DNA of 62,454 bases, filler included, from Chiloscyllium plagiosum (Eukaryota), in NCBI RefSeq assembly GCF_004010195.1. It is 3 parts of one record of this genome, joined end to end, with 100 filler letters (N's around TTAATTAATTAA, not from the genome) between each part and the next. Parts side by side here need not be neighbours in the genome. Positions count along the whole stretch, not along the records: positions 1 to 30,461 come from NC_057710.1; 2 more parts are not named here. One strand, given 5' to 3'. Positions within the stretch are counted from its first letter, which is position 1. Every line of letters begins with the position of its first letter. The translations under genes and the position numbers were made by a program. Under the pieces are notes generated by a model. The model was not told the DNA's origin. It saw nothing but the letters and a program-made list of their open reading frames with translations, and searched no databases. Below are positions 1 to 12,832 of the stretch, in pieces.

Positions 1-238
1 GACTGTGTGGAGTTTGCACATTCTCCCCGTGTCTGCGTGGGTTTCCTCCGGGTGCTCCGGTTTCCTCCCACACTCCAAAAATGTGCAGGTTAGGTGAATT
101 GGCCACACAAAATTGCCTGTAGTGTTAGGTGCAGGGGTAAATGTAGGGGTATGGGTGGGTTGCGCTTCGGCGGGGCGGTGTGGACTTGTTGGGCCGAAGG
201 GCCTGTTTCCACACTGTAATGTAATGTAAATGTAATGT
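1..238 (+). mobile_element. HE1-type tRNA-derived V-SINE, 5' part cut by the window edge
   Basis: V-domain TGTGTGGAGTTTGCACATTCTCCCCGTGTCTGCGTGGGTTTCCTCCGGGTGCTCCGGTTTCCTCCCA, CR1-like tail GGGCCGAAGGGCCTGTTTCC and (TGTAA)n; near-identical to 57091-57408. Confidence 0.9.
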
Positions 239-239
239 T

Positions 240-726
240 ACAGCATGATCCCTTTCCGAGTTTTCTGCCTCGTTGATACAGTTGTCTTTCTTGACTTCTC
301 TTGTTCTAACTTTCCCTTCAATTTCCTTTTTAAACCTCCAGTTTGTCCCCTCCCCCCTGCTACTTAGTTTAAATGTAGCGGTGCTGCAGTAGAAAACCTG
401 CCTGCAAGAATGCTGGTCGCTAACCTATTAAGGTGCAAACCTTCTCTCTTGTAGTATTTATGCTTACCACAAAATATACCCCAGTGATCCAAGAACTTAA
501 ATCCTTGCTCCCTGCACCAGTTCCCCAACCACACGTTCAAGTCCATTATCTCCCTGTTTCTGGCCACACCAGCCCGAGGAACTGGAAGCAAACCGGAGAT
601 AACCAACTTGGACTTCCTGCTTTTCAGCCTTCTTCCTAGTTCTCCGAAGTCCCGCTGTAGTATGTTCCTCCTCTTCTTCCCGACATCATTTGTGCCGACA
701 TGTACCACCATCTCTGGCTCCACCAC
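240..726 (-). mobile_element. CR1 LINE ORF1 fragment (SGNH esterase domain)
   Basis: ORF 364-726 has VVHVGTND ... VISGLLP ... FLDHW ... GLHLN, the CR1 ORF1 esterase blocks. Confidence 0.88.
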
Positions 727-1630
727 CTCCTGGTCAGCTTCTTCCAGTGGTCTCCAACATTACAGATAACCAGTCTTCAGCCAAATTGATTCACTCCATG
801 TGATATCAAGAACTGATTGGAGGTATTAGATGCTGATAGGCTATGGGCTCTGACAACATTCTGACAATAGTACTGAAGGCTTGTGCTCCAGAACTTGCCT
901 CTCCCCTAGCCAAACTATTCCAACACAGTTACGACCCTGGCATCTACCCAACAAGGTGGAAAATTGCCCAAGTATGTCCTGTACTTAAAAAAGCATGACA
1001 AATCAAACCCAGCCATCAGTCTACTCTTGATCATCAGCAAAGTGATGGAAGGTGTCATCAACAGTACTATCAAGCAGCATCTGCTCAGCAATGGATAGAG
1101 ACAAGCTTTTTCCCAGGGTGAAGGATTCAATAACGAGAGGTTATGCTTTCAAGGTGAGAGGTGGAAAGTTTAAGGGGGATACACACAGCAAGTTCTTCAC
1201 ACAGAGGGTGGTGGGCATTTGGAATGCATTGCCAGCAGAGGCAGGCACGGTAGATTCATTTAAGATGCGTCTGGACAGATGCATGAGTAGGTGGGAACAG
1301 AGGGATACAGATGCTTAGGAATTGACCGCCAGGTTTAGACAGTAGATTTGGATCGGCTCAGGCTTGGAGGGCCGAAGGGTCTGTTCCTGGGCTGTAAAAT
1401 TTCTTTGTTCTTTGTAATAACCTGCTCAGTGACACCTAGTTTGGATTTCACCAGGACCACTGAGCTCCTCCCTCATTACAGCCTTGGTTCAAACATGGAC
1501 AAAAGAGCTGAATTCCAGAGGAGACAGGAGAGTGACAGCCCTTGACATTAATAATGCATTTTCCTGGCACGTAGGACAATGGTCATTGTTCCTGGTGATC
1601 AGTCATCTCTGCTCCAGGATATCTCTGCAG
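727..1630 (+). mobile_element. Decayed CR1-clade LINE (second lineage) RT fragment, interrupted by a younger CR1 3' end
   Basis: Reads APELASPLAKLFQHSYDPGIYPTRWKIAQVCPV..K.DKSNP..ISLLLIISKVMEG; resumes at ~1416. Confidence 0.8.
1093..1415 (+). mobile_element. CR1 3' end nested in an older LINE
   Basis: LFPRV..SITRG..FKVRGGKF..FFTQRVVGIWNALP followed by a CR1 3' UTR. Confidence 0.85.
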
Positions 1631-1649
1631 GGAAAAAAAAACAAACAAC

Positions 1650-2570
1650 AACAAAAAGTTACAGCAGAGGAACAGGCCGTTTGGCCCTCAAGCCTGCATC
1701 CATCCAGATTCTCTGCCTAAAACCTGTTGTTTATTTTCTAAGCATCTGTATCTCTTTGCTCCCTGTCCATTCATGTGTCTGTCTAGATACATCTTAATCG
1801 ATGCTATCATGCCCGCCTCAACCACCTCCACTGGCAACGCATTCCAGGCACCCACCACCCTCAGCATAAAGAACTTTCCATGCATTTCTCCCTTAAACTT
1901 TTCCCCTCTCATCTTGAACTCGTGACTCCTAGGAATTGAGTCCCACACTCTGGGAAAAAGCTTCTTGCTATCCACACTGTCTATACCTCTCATGATTTTG
2001 TAGACCTCAATCAGTTTGCCCCTCAACCTCTGTCTTTCTAATGAAAATAATCCTAATCTACTCAACCTCTCCTCATAGCTAGCACCCTCCGTACCAGGCA
2101 ACTACCTGGTGAACCTTCTCGGTAACCTTTCCAAAGCACCCACATCCTTTTGGTAATGTGGTGACCAGAACTGTACGTAGTGTTCCAAATGTGGCTGAAC
2201 CAAAGTCTTATACAACTATGACATGATCTGCCAACTCTTGTACTCAATACCCCGTCCAATAAAAGAAAGCATGCTGTATGCCTTCTTGACCACTCTGTCG
2301 ACCTGTCTCGCCACCTTCAAGACCAATGGACCTGAACATCCAGGTCTCTCTGTATATCAATTTTCGCCAGGGCTTTTCCATTAACTGTATAGTTCGGTAT
2401 TGAATTGGATCTTGCAAAATGCATCACCTCACATTTGTCTGGATTGAACTCCATCTGCCATTTCTTCGCTCAACTCTCTAATCTATCTATATTCTGCTGT
2501 ACTTTATGACTGTCTCTTCACTATCTGTTATTCCACCAATCTTAGAGTTATCTACAAACGTGCCAATCAG
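1650..2570 (-). mobile_element. CR1 RT C-terminus and 3' UTR
   Basis: ORF 1688-2101: [36 protein letters not shown]. Confidence 0.9.
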
Positions 2571-2831
2571 AGGGGAGGTGATGACTTAGTGGCATTATCG
2601 CTGGACTGTGAATCCAGAGACCCAGATAATGTTCTGGGGTCCTGGGTTCAAATCCTGCCATGGCAGATGGTTGAATTTGATCTCAATTAAAATCTGGAAT
2701 TCAGAATCTAATGATGATCATGGATCCATTGTTGATTGTCAGGAAAAACCATCTGGTTCACTAATGTCCTTTCAGGAAGGAAACTGTCATCCTTGTCTGG
2801 TCTACATGTGACTCCAGACCCACAGCAATGT
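2571..2831 (+). mobile_element. tRNA-derived SINE (shark family B)
   Basis: tRNA-like head with B box GGGTTCAAATCC; body shared with 25391-25770, 8015-8385 and 29830-30110. Confidence 0.8.
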
Positions 2832-2842
2832 CGAGATACATG

Positions 2843-4250
2843 GAGATGATAGGTCAGGGAGGAGGGTGGAGGAAGGTAGCAAAGAGTACAATGGGTGAAT
2901 GGGGGTGAGATGAAGGTGATAGGTCAGGGAGGAGGGTGGAGTGGATAGATGGAAAGGAAGACAGGCAGGTAGGATAAGTCATGGGGACAGTGCTGAGCTG
3001 GAAGTTTGGAACTGGGGTGAGGTGGGGGAAGGGGAAATGAGGAAACTGGTGAAGTCCACATTGATGCCCTGGGGTTGAAGTGTTCCGAGGCGGAAGATGA
3101 GGCGTTCTTCCTCCAGGCGTCTGGTGGTGAGGGAGCGGCGGTGAAGGAGGCCCAGGACCTCCATGTCCCCGGCAGAGTGGGAGGGGGAGTTGAAATGTTG
3201 AGCCACNNNNNNNNNNNNNNNNNNNNNNNNNNNNNNNNNNNNNNNNNNNNNNNNNNNNNNNNNTGTTACGGTTGGAGGGGTGGGTCTGAGGGCGGAGGTG
3301 CGGGATGTAGACGAGATGCGTTGGAGGCCATCTTTAACCACGTGGGAAGGGAAATTGTGGTCTCTAAAGAAGGAGGCCATCTGGTGTGTTCTGTGGTGGA
3401 ACTGGTCCTCCTGGAAGCAGATACGGCGGAAGCGGAGGAATTGGGAATACGGGATGGCATTTTTGCAGGAGGTGGGGTGGGAAGAAGTGCGACCCAGGTA
3501 GTTGTGGGAGTCAGTGGGTTTGTAAAATATGTCGGTGTTGAGTCGGTCGTCATTAACGGAGATGGAGAGGTCCAGAAAGGGGAGGGAGGTGTCAGAGATA
3601 GTCCAGGTGAATTTAGGGTCAGGGTGGAATGTGTTGGTGAAGTTGATGAATTGCTCAACCTCCTCGCGGGAGCTCGAGTTGGCACCGATGTAGTCATCAA
3701 TGTCGCGGAGGAAGAGGTGAGGAATGGTGCCGGTGTAACTACGGAAGATGGACTGTTCTATGTAGCCAACAAAGAGACAGGCATAGCTGGGGCCCATTCA
3801 TGTGCCCATGGCTACCCCTTTAGTCTGGAGAAAGTGGGAGGTTTCGAAGGAGAAATTGTTAAGGGTGAGGACCAGTTCAGCCAAACGAATGAGAGTGTCG
3901 GTGGAAGGGTAGTGTTGGGGACGTCAGGAGACAAAGAAATGGAGGGCTTGGTGGCCCTGGTCATGGCGGATGGAGGTGTAGAGGGATTGAATATCCATGG
4001 TGAGGATGAGGCGATGGGGGGTGGGGAAACGGAAGTCTTGGAGGAGGTGGAGGGCGTGGGTGGTGTCTCGAACGGATGTGGGGAGTTCCTGGACTAAGGG
4101 GGATCGGACAGTGTCGAGGTAGGTGGAGGTGAGTTCGGTGGGGCAGGAGCAGGCTGAGACAATGGGTCAGCCAGGATGGTCAGTCTTGTGGATCTTGGAA
4201 AGGAGGTAGAACCGGGCAGTGCGGGGTTCCCGGACTATGAGGTTGGAAGC
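2843..4250 (-). mobile_element. Penelope-like element (Neptune-type): RT, GIY-YIG C-terminus and repetitive 3' UTR; decayed, contains an N gap
   Basis: GVAMGT..MGPSYACLFVG..EQ, FLRDIDD (YIDD mutated), LPFLD, YKPTDSH.YL..SSHP, AIPYSQFLR, HFNSPSH..EERLIFRLGTLQPQGIN; possible TSD AGATACATG at 2834-2842 / 4254-4262. Confidence 0.92.
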
Positions 4251-4885
4251 TACAGATACATGAGAACACTACCAACTTCAAGTTGTCCTCCATTTATCAT
4301 CTTGACTTGGAAATATATCGCCATTCCTTCACTGTCACTGTGTCAAAACCCTGGAATTCCCTCTGTCATGGCATTGTGGATCTACTGATCGTATATGGAC
4401 TGCAGCAGTTCAACAAGGCAGCTCACTACCTTCTCAAGTTCAACTAGAGACAGGCAATAAATGCTGGCCCAGCTAGTGACACTCACATCCTGCAAATGAA
4501 TTGTTTTTTCACTGCATACTTCATTTTGCATCATAAAAACTGATGATCTGGTCATTCTTATAGAGAAAGTGTTTGATAAATATGTAGATGAGCTTCTGAG
4601 AAAAGCTATGATGTAACTGTGACCTCAGTTGTGTGACTCTGCTGGGAGGTTGGAACCTGTACAGCACAGGGCATGTTGTACTCTGACCGAGTCACCACAT
4701 TCAGCCCTTCATGAACATTTAAATAGAAGGAGAAGTCTGGTCTAAACTTATATGAAGATACAGGAAAAACAAACCGGAATATGGCAACAGTGGTGGAGAC
4801 ACCAGTCAATGATTTGATTTTTCTGAGGAATCTGAAGAATCCAGAGGTAACCTTGAACAACGGGACAAGGTTGAGAAATATTGGA

Positions 4886-5187
4886 ATGGTCACTCTGTGG
4901 TTAGCACTGCTGCCTCACAGCGCCATGGATCCAGTCAGTAGAATTTGCATGTTCTCGCTGTGTCTGCGAAGTGTTCCAGTTTCCTCCCATGGTCCAAAGA
5001 TGTGCAGGTTAGATGAATTGGCCAAGCTAAGTTGCCCATTGTGTCCAGGTGTATGCAGACTAGGTGGGCTAGCCTTGGAAAACGCATGGTTTACAGGGAT
5101 AGGGTCTGGTTGAGATGATCTTTGGAGGGTCAGTGTGGACTCGAGGGGCCGAAAGGCCTGCATCCTCACTGTAGATATGCTATGATT
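4886..5187 (+). mobile_element. Diverged HE1-like SINE
   Basis: GTGGTTAGCACTGCTGCCTCACAGCGCCA head, V-domain remnant, CR1-like tail. Confidence 0.8.
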
Positions 5188-5199
5188 AAAACCAGAAGA

Positions 5200-6135
5200 T
5201 ATAAATACTGAGAAGGCTGCCCACTGCAGAGATTTGAAAATTTTACCAAAATACTTTGGAAATCTGAAGCACAAAGGGGTTTTGAAATCCGAGTTCAGAG
5301 TTCTTTTAATGTTAACATGTAAGTTCAGTTAGCAGCTAAGAAGACAAATACAATGTTAACATCTATTTCGAGAAGGCAAAAGTGAGGACTGCAGATGCTG
5401 GAAACCAGAGTTTAGATTAGAGTGGTGCTGGAAAAGCACCACTCCTGATGAAGAGCTTTTGCCCGAAAAGCCGATTTTCGTGCTCCTTGGATGCTGCCTG
5501 ATCTGCTGTGCTTTTCCAGCACCACTCTAATCTAAACTCTATTTCGAGAAGATGAGAGTACAAGAGAAGGGATGCACGGCAGAGGCTGATTCTAGTCTCA
5601 GTGCATTTGGAGCATTTTGAGCAGCTTTGCACCCTGTATCTAAGAAAGGATGTGCTGGTCTTGGAGGGGCACAGAGGAGGTTTACAAGAATGATCTTGGA
5701 GATGGAGAGCCTGTCATATGAGGAGCAGTTGAGGTCTCTGCCTGTGCATCCGAGAAGGATGAGGCGGAACCTAATTGAAACTTCAGGAATTCTGAAAGTC
5801 CAGATTAGAAGATGTTTCCACTAGCGGAAGAGATTGGAAATGAAGGACACAGCCTTAGAGTGAAGCGATGATCCTTTGGAACTGAGAGGAGGAAGATGTT
5901 TTTCAGCCAAAGATGATGAATCTATGGAACACATTGTTGAGAGGGCAGTGGATGCCAATTAATTGTGTGTATTTAAGACAGAGATAGTTAGGTTCTTGAA
6001 TAGTAGGGGAATCAAATGTTACAGGAGAAGGCAGGAGAATGATGTTGAGAAAAATATCAGCCACAGTTGATTGGTGGAATAGTCTCAATGGGGAAAATGG
6101 CTTAATTCTGCTCCTATATTTTATGGTCTTGTGGT
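5200..6135 (+). mobile_element. Decayed CR1 RT C-terminus and 3' UTR
   Basis: QRRFTRMI...SYEEQLRSL...FFSQ...NLWN.L. Confidence 0.8.
5376..5537. mobile_element. Fold-back PLE-derived mini-element with a degenerate hammerhead
   Basis: Inverted arms AGAGTTTAGATTAGAGTGGTGCTGGAAAAGCAC / GTGCTTTTCCAGCACCACTCTAATCTAAACTCT; TSD TCTATTTCGAGAAG at 5362-5375 / 5538-5551; CTGATGA at 5445. Confidence 0.85.
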
Positions 6136-6149
6136 TTTTTTTATCTCCT

Positions 6150-6630
6150 CTTCATGTCATCCTTACTATTTGCCATCCCGTCCATTTTGTGTCAATCTTG
6201 GCAATAGTGCATTCACTCCTGTCATCCAAAACATGACTATGTAGTGTAAATAATTGTGGCTCAACCACTGATCCCTGTGGCACTGCACTAGGTACAAGTC
6301 ACTATCCTTAAAAATGGGAGAACGTTGGACTGCAGATGCTTAAAAGGCCCCCTATATCCCAACTCTCTGTCTTCCATTCATTAGCCAGTCTTCCACCCAT
6401 GTTAATACAGTAACCACAACATCATTATGTAGCTGTATGTTCTTTAACTTATTTGGATTTCCAAAAGATATTCAATATGTTACAACTATTACTTCCCCTT
6501 TATCTACCCTGCTTATCCTTCCTCATAGAACCCTAGTAATTTTGTCAGGCATGATATCCCCTTCATAGAGCTGACATGGCTTGATTATATTATGTATTTT
6601 TATATGCTGTGTCAATAAATCTTTATAATA
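6150..6630 (-). mobile_element. Old CR1 RT fragment
   Basis: Reverse complement of the [12 protein letters not shown] motif near 6260-6300. Confidence 0.65.
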
Positions 6631-8014
6631 GACACAAAAAGATTGCTTAGCTTGAGTTTAGTGGACGGAAGGAATTAGTCAAGTACTCCTGATCTAACTT
6701 AGCTCTAAATCAGAGTTAAAAGCTGTAAATCACTTGATTCTGAGAGTCTTAAATGAGACTGTTTTATTTCACTCCAAGTTTGATTAACCACATCTGCACT
6801 GGCCTGGGAAATCCGAGTTAATGATGCTTATCATTTGATTTGGGGGACAGGTGGAATACTGAGATTTGCTGGCTAAATCTTTGACGAGGTTGCTTCTTCC
6901 AGTCAGCAGAAAACTGATGAACTGGAAGGAGCACTGACAAGTGGCAGCTTTCAATTGATTTCCCTCTCAGCTAAGCATCTGGCTAATGGCTAATGGAGTG
7001 TATTCATTCAGAGTGTGGTTGAAGGCCCCTGAAGACTGGAGTCAATCAACAAGTTTGCATGACTATCAGAACTTTATACTTTCTCAAAGAATAAGTGTAT
7101 CCTCGGAATACAAAACCCACAAAACATGGTTGCACTCATTATTTGAAAATCAACTACAATTTTAATTGAAATAATGTCCTTACCAGGAAAAAAGTGTCAT
7201 AAGGTGTTTCACACAATTGTCTGAATAATGTGTCATAAAGCAAAACTTGACACTGAGAAACATAAAGAGTTGTTTGGTCAAAGGCAACTGTTTCTGCGAG
7301 GTCGTTATGGAGAAAAGCGAGTTTGAAAGGCAGAGATATTCATGAAGTCCAAAGACGAAAGTCTTGTCAGCTCCCGTCAGCAATGGTGAAGTGATTAAAA
7401 TTAGGAATTCTGTAAGGGCCTGTAACAGAAACACAGATGCCACAGACTCACAGGATTGTCACAGCAAATCATGTCTGCACCAGCTCTCCAAATAACCAAA
7501 TATCCTTATGTCACTTCGCTGACTTTCCCTGCACCCCTACCCTTTTTTCCTTTTCAGGTAAGAATGCATTTCTTTCTTGAATGTGCCAATGAGCTAGCCT
7601 TCACTATATTCCTGTGCAGTACACCTCAGATCATATTCAATAGCTGTGTGAAAAAATAATTATCCTCTTGTTTCCATGGCTTCTTTTGTGAATTAGCTTA
7701 AATCAAATCTTTTCCATCTCATTTCCAATCCTTCCTTCAGTAGGAATAGATTTTCCTAATGATTCTATTGAGACTGAATGATTGTAAATACCTCTGTCAG
7801 ATCTCCCTTCAGTTTACTCTTCTCCAAAGAAAGCAGTCATTTTCCAATCTGGTTTCATAACCAAAGTTGTGGATACCTGCACCCTCTCCAACGTCCTAAA
7901 ATGTGGCGACCCATAAAACAGATGCAATACTCCAGCTGAGACTGAACCAATTGCTTATACAGGTTTAACAGTATCAGTTTTTGCAATTTATTCTAAAGTA
8001 TAGATATCTCTGAC

Positions 8015-8385
8015 TCAATCAGAATTTATTACCCATCCCTAATTGCTGAGTGGCCATCTGAAGGGCAATAAGGGGGAGATAATAAATGCTGGCCCAGCCA
8101 ATGAAGACCACATCCCATGAATGAATCGAGTCAACTACATTGCTATGGATCTGAAGTCACATGCTTGCCAGACCAGGTAAGGATGGCAGTTCTCCTTCTC
8201 TGAAGGACACTGGTGAATCAGACGGACTTGTAAAAACAATGCGGGAATCGTTTACTGGTCACCAGTTTCTTTCGTAAAACAAAATGTCTATATTTGCAAT
8301 GATGAGATTCAAACTCATGTTCCCAGAATGTAACCTGGATTATTAGTCCAGTAGCATATTATCATAATGCCACCATCTCACCTAC
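8015..8385 (-). mobile_element. tRNA-derived SINE (family B), diverged
   Basis: Reverse match to the 2571-2831 body (CCAGACCAGGTAAGGATGGCAG). Confidence 0.7.
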
Positions 8386-8424
8386 TGCAGTTGGCTTCTA
8401 TATCTCTCTTAATCCAGTTCTAAT

Positions 8425-9965
8425 ATCATAGAACATGGAACAACACAGCACAGAACAGATCCTTTGACCCTCGATGTTGTGCCGACCTGTGAACTATTCT
8501 AAGCTCATCCCCCTACGCTATTCCATCATCATCCATGTGTTTATCCAAGGATTGTTTATATCTCCCTAATGTGGCTGAGTTAACGACACTGGCAGGCAGG
8601 GCATTCCACACCCTTATAACTCTCTGAATAAAGAACCTGCCTCTGACATCTGTCTTAAATCTATCACCCCTCAATTTGTAGCTGTGCCCCCTCGTACAAG
8701 CTGACATCATCATCCTAGGAAAAAGACACTCACTGTCTACCCTATCTAATCCTCTGATCATCTTGTATGTCTCTATCAAATCCCCTCCTTAGCCTTCTTC
8801 GTTCCAATGAGAACAGACCCAGGTCTCTCAGACTTTCCTCATAAGACCTTCCCTCCAGACCAGGCAGCATCCTGGTAAATCTCCTCTGCACCTTTTTCAA
8901 TGCTTCCACGTCCTTCCCGAAATATGGCGATCTGAACTGTACACAATATCCCAAGTGCGGCCGCACTAGTGTTTTCTTTAGTTGCATCTCTAGAACTCAA
9001 TCCCTCTACCAATGAAACCTAACACACCATGTGCCTTCTTAACAGCACTATCAACCTGGGTGGCAACTTTCAGGGATCTATGTACATGGACTCCAAGATC
9101 CATACTACCAAGAATATTTCCATTGACCTATTACTCTGCCTTCCTGTTATTCTTCCCAAAGTGCATCACCTCACATTTAGCTGCATTGAACTCCATTTGC
9201 CACCTCTCAGCCCAATTCTGCAGTTTATCAAAGTCCCCCTGCAACCTGTAACATTCTTCCAAACTGTCCACTACTCCACCGACTTTAGTGTCATCTGCAA
9301 ACTTACTAACCCATCCACCTATGTCTGCGTCTAAGTCAATAATAAAAATGATAAATAGTGGTGATCCAAAAACAGATCCTTGTGGCACACCACTAGTAAC
9401 TGGGCTCCAGACTGAATATTTTCCATCAACCACCACTTGCTCTCTTCTTACAGAAAGCTAGTTTCTAATCCAAACTGCTAAATCACCCTCAATCCCATGC
9501 CTCTGCATTTTCTCCAACAGCCTACCATGTGGAACCTTATCAATGGCTTTACTGAAGTCCATGTATACCACGTCAATTGCCCTACCCTAATCTACATGCT
9601 TGGTCACCTTCTCAAATAACTCAATGAGGTTTGTGAGACAAAACCATGTTGACTATCTGAAATCAAATTGTTGCTTGCCAGATGATTATAAATCCTATCT
9701 CTTATAATCCTTTCCAAAACTTTTCCTTCAACAGACATAAGGCTCACTGGTCTATAATTACCTGGGTCATCTCTATTGCCCTTCTTGTACAAGGGCACAA
9801 TATTTGCAATCCTCCAGTCCTCTGGCACTAAACCTGTCAACAATGATGACTCAAATATCAAAGTCAAAGTCTCCGCTATCTCTTCCCTAGCTTCCCAGAG
9901 AATCATCAGATAAATCCCATCCAGCCCAGAGGACTTGTCTACTTTCACTCCCTCTCGAATTGATA
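8425..9965 (-). mobile_element. 5'-truncated CR1 LINE (RT to 3' tail)
   Basis: [53 protein letters not shown]. Confidence 0.93.
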
Positions 9966-10184
9966 TGTTTTATTAATTGAAATCCCAGTATCTCCTGCCA
10001 CATTTTCATACGTAAATATATCCCCATGTCACTCTGCTCCTGCACCCTTTCAGAATGACAAACTTTAGATTATAGTGTCTGTCCATGCTTTTCACACTAA
10101 AATGAACCATTTCATACTGCTGCTTTGGGTGAGGGAGGATGGTGGTGTTAGATGAGATGACAAAGATGGAGAGGAATGAGGTCA

Positions 10185-11850
10185 AAGGACAAAGGTCATA
10201 CAACACAGGAACAGGCCCTTCATCTCTCTAAGCCTGTGCTGACACATTTGCCCTTCTGTACTGTAACTGTCTTCACTTACAGGATCCGTCTCCCTAGATT
10301 CCCTTCCTATTCATGTATTCCTCCAGATGCTTCTTGATGCTACTATTGTGTCTGCTTTCACCACCTTCTCTGGCAGCACATTCCAGACACTCACCACGCT
10401 TTTTGTGAAAAACTTGCCTTGATTGATTTATAGGAGAAAGTGAGGACTGCAGATGCTGGAGATCAGAGCTGAAAATGTGTTGCTGGAAAAGCGCAGCAGG
10501 TCAGGCACCATCCAAGGAACAGGAGAATCAATGTTTCGGGCAAAAGCCCTTCTACATTTCCCCTCCCAACACCTTGAATTTGTGTCCCCTAGTAATTCAC
10601 CCCTCCATCCAGGAAGAAAACCTCATACTTTCCACTCTATCCATGCTATTCCCAATCTTATAAGTTTCTATGAGGTCACCCCTCAACCTTCTGCATTCCA
10701 GTGAAAACAAATCCAGCCTATCCAATCTTTCTTCATAGCTAAAATCCCCCCTACATGGCAACATCCTGGTAAATCTTTTCTGTACTCTCTCCAATACATC
10801 CACATCCTTCTAGTTGTGTGGCGACTAGAACTGTGCACAATATTCCAAGTGTGGCCTAATTAAATTTCTATAAAGCTGCAACATAACTTGTCTATCTTTA
10901 TATTCAATGTCCCTTCCAATGAAGGCTACCATGCCAGAGCCTTTTTTACTACGTTATCTACCTGCGCTGCCACCTTCAGTGATCTGAGCACCTGCACACC
11001 CAGATCCCTCTGCATTTCAATATTCCCAAGGGTTCTGCCATTCACTGCATAATTTCCAACTGTACTTGACCTTCCAAAATGCATCACCTCACATTTGTCT
11101 GGATTAAATCCATCTGCCATTTTTCTGTCCATGTCTCCAACTGATCTATATCCTGTTGTATCCTCTGATAATCCTTCTCATTATCCACAGCTCCACTAAT
11201 CCATGTATCATCTGATAAATGTACTAATTAGACCAGCTATGTTTTCCTCCAAATAATAAACAGCAGAGGTCCCAGCACTGATCCCTGTGGAACGCCACTA
11301 GTCACAACTCTCTATTGAAAAAGAAAATCCTTCTACTGCTACCCTCTAACTTCTGTGACTAAGCCAGTTCTGTATCCATCTTGCCAGCTCATCCCAATAC
11401 CATGTGATGTCACCTTTTGTACCAGTCTGCCATGAGGGACCTCATCAAAAGCTTTACTGAAGTCCATGTAAATAACATCAACTGCTTTTTCCTCATCAAT
11501 CATCTCCATCAACTCCTCAAAACACTAAATCAAGTTAGTGAGGCATGGCACCCCCCTAACAAAACCATGCTGTCTATCACTAACAAGTCCATTTGTTTCT
11601 AAATGCTTATAGATCTTGCCTGTGAGAATCTTTTCCAATACTTTCCCCATATGAGGCTCACAGGCCTGTAATTTCCAGGATTATCCCTGTTACCCTGCTT
11701 AAACAATGGGACGACATTGTCTATTCTCCTGTCATTAGGGACTCACCTGTGGCCATAGAAGATACAAAGATGTCTAACAATACTCCAGCAATTCATTCTT
11801 TTGCCTCCCTCAATATTCTGGGATTGATCCCATTAGGGCCCTGGGGATTT
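10185..11850 (-). mobile_element. 5'-truncated CR1 LINE with a PLE insertion
   Basis: KCEVMHFGR, QRDLGVQV, RFTRMLP..SYEERL. Confidence 0.88.
10432..10553 (-). mobile_element. PLE-derived short element, truncated inside the hammerhead
   Basis: AGGAGAAAGTGAGGACTGCAGATGCTGG...TTTCGGGCAAAAGCCCTTC; same family as 14606 and 52974. Confidence 0.85.
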
Positions 11851-11854
11851 GAAG

Positions 11855-12115
11855 ATAGGGAGGAGAATTTTTAAACTGAAATGTTATCTATCAGGGAGCC
11901 AATGCAGGACAGCATTCCTAGGCATTGTGAGTGCTGTGAGTTAAGAAACAGATAGAAGAATTTTGAATGATCTCAAACTTACAGAGTGGAGACTGTGGGA
12001 GACCAGCCAGGAGTACAGTAGAATAGTTGAGTCAGGAGGTAATGAGGGCACCAGTGAAAGTTCATCAGCAGATGAACTGAGGCAAGAGTGGATCCAGATG
12101 GGTATGAGGGATAAT
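11855..12115 (-). mobile_element. Old L2-like LINE fragment
   Basis: Reverse reads roughly LITS.LNYST.LL.GL...HSW...LAP, resembling the L2 RT C-terminus. Confidence 0.5.
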
Positions 12116-12832
12116 GTCAATGTGTGGTTGCAAGCTCACAGAGGCACAGAGTTGTAGAGATGTACAACATGGAAACAGACCTTTTGGTCCAACCCGTCCA
12201 TGTCGACCAGATATCCCAACCCAATCTAGTCCCACCTGCCAGCACCCAGCCCATATCCCTCCAATCCTTCCTATTCATATACCCATCCAGATGCCTCTTA
12301 AATGTTGCAATTGTACCATACTCCACCACTTCCTCTGGCAGCTCATTCCATACATGTACCACCCTCTGTATGAAAACGTTGTCCCATAGTTCTCTTTTAT
12401 ATCTTTTATATCTTGCCCCTTTCACCCTAAACCTATGCCCTCTAGTTCTGGACTCCCCAACTCCAGGGAAAAGACCTTGCCTATTTACCCCATCCATACC
12501 CTTCATAATTTTATAAACCTCTATAAGGTCACCCCTCAGCCTCCGACGCTCCAGGCAAAACAGCCCCAGCCTGTTCAGCCTCTCCCTATAGCTTGTTCAG
12601 CAACACTCCCTAAGACCTTACCATTAAGTGTATAAGTCCTGCTAAAATTTGCTTTCCCCCACATGCAGCACCTCGCATTAAATGAATCCAACTGCTTTCA
12701 TTCATTCAATAAATCAAACTGAATTAAAATCCATCTGCCACTTCTCAACTCATTGGCCCATCTGGTCCATATCCTGTTGTAATCTGAGGTAACCCTCTTC
12801 GCTGTCCACTACACATCCAATTTTGGTGTCAT

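Noticed and set aside
3075..4097. 340-aa plus-strand ORF
   Set aside because: Antisense shadow of the C-rich PLE RT; spans an N gap
4606..4893. 95-aa ORF in non-repeat sequence
   Set aside because: No recognisable domain or consistent splice structure
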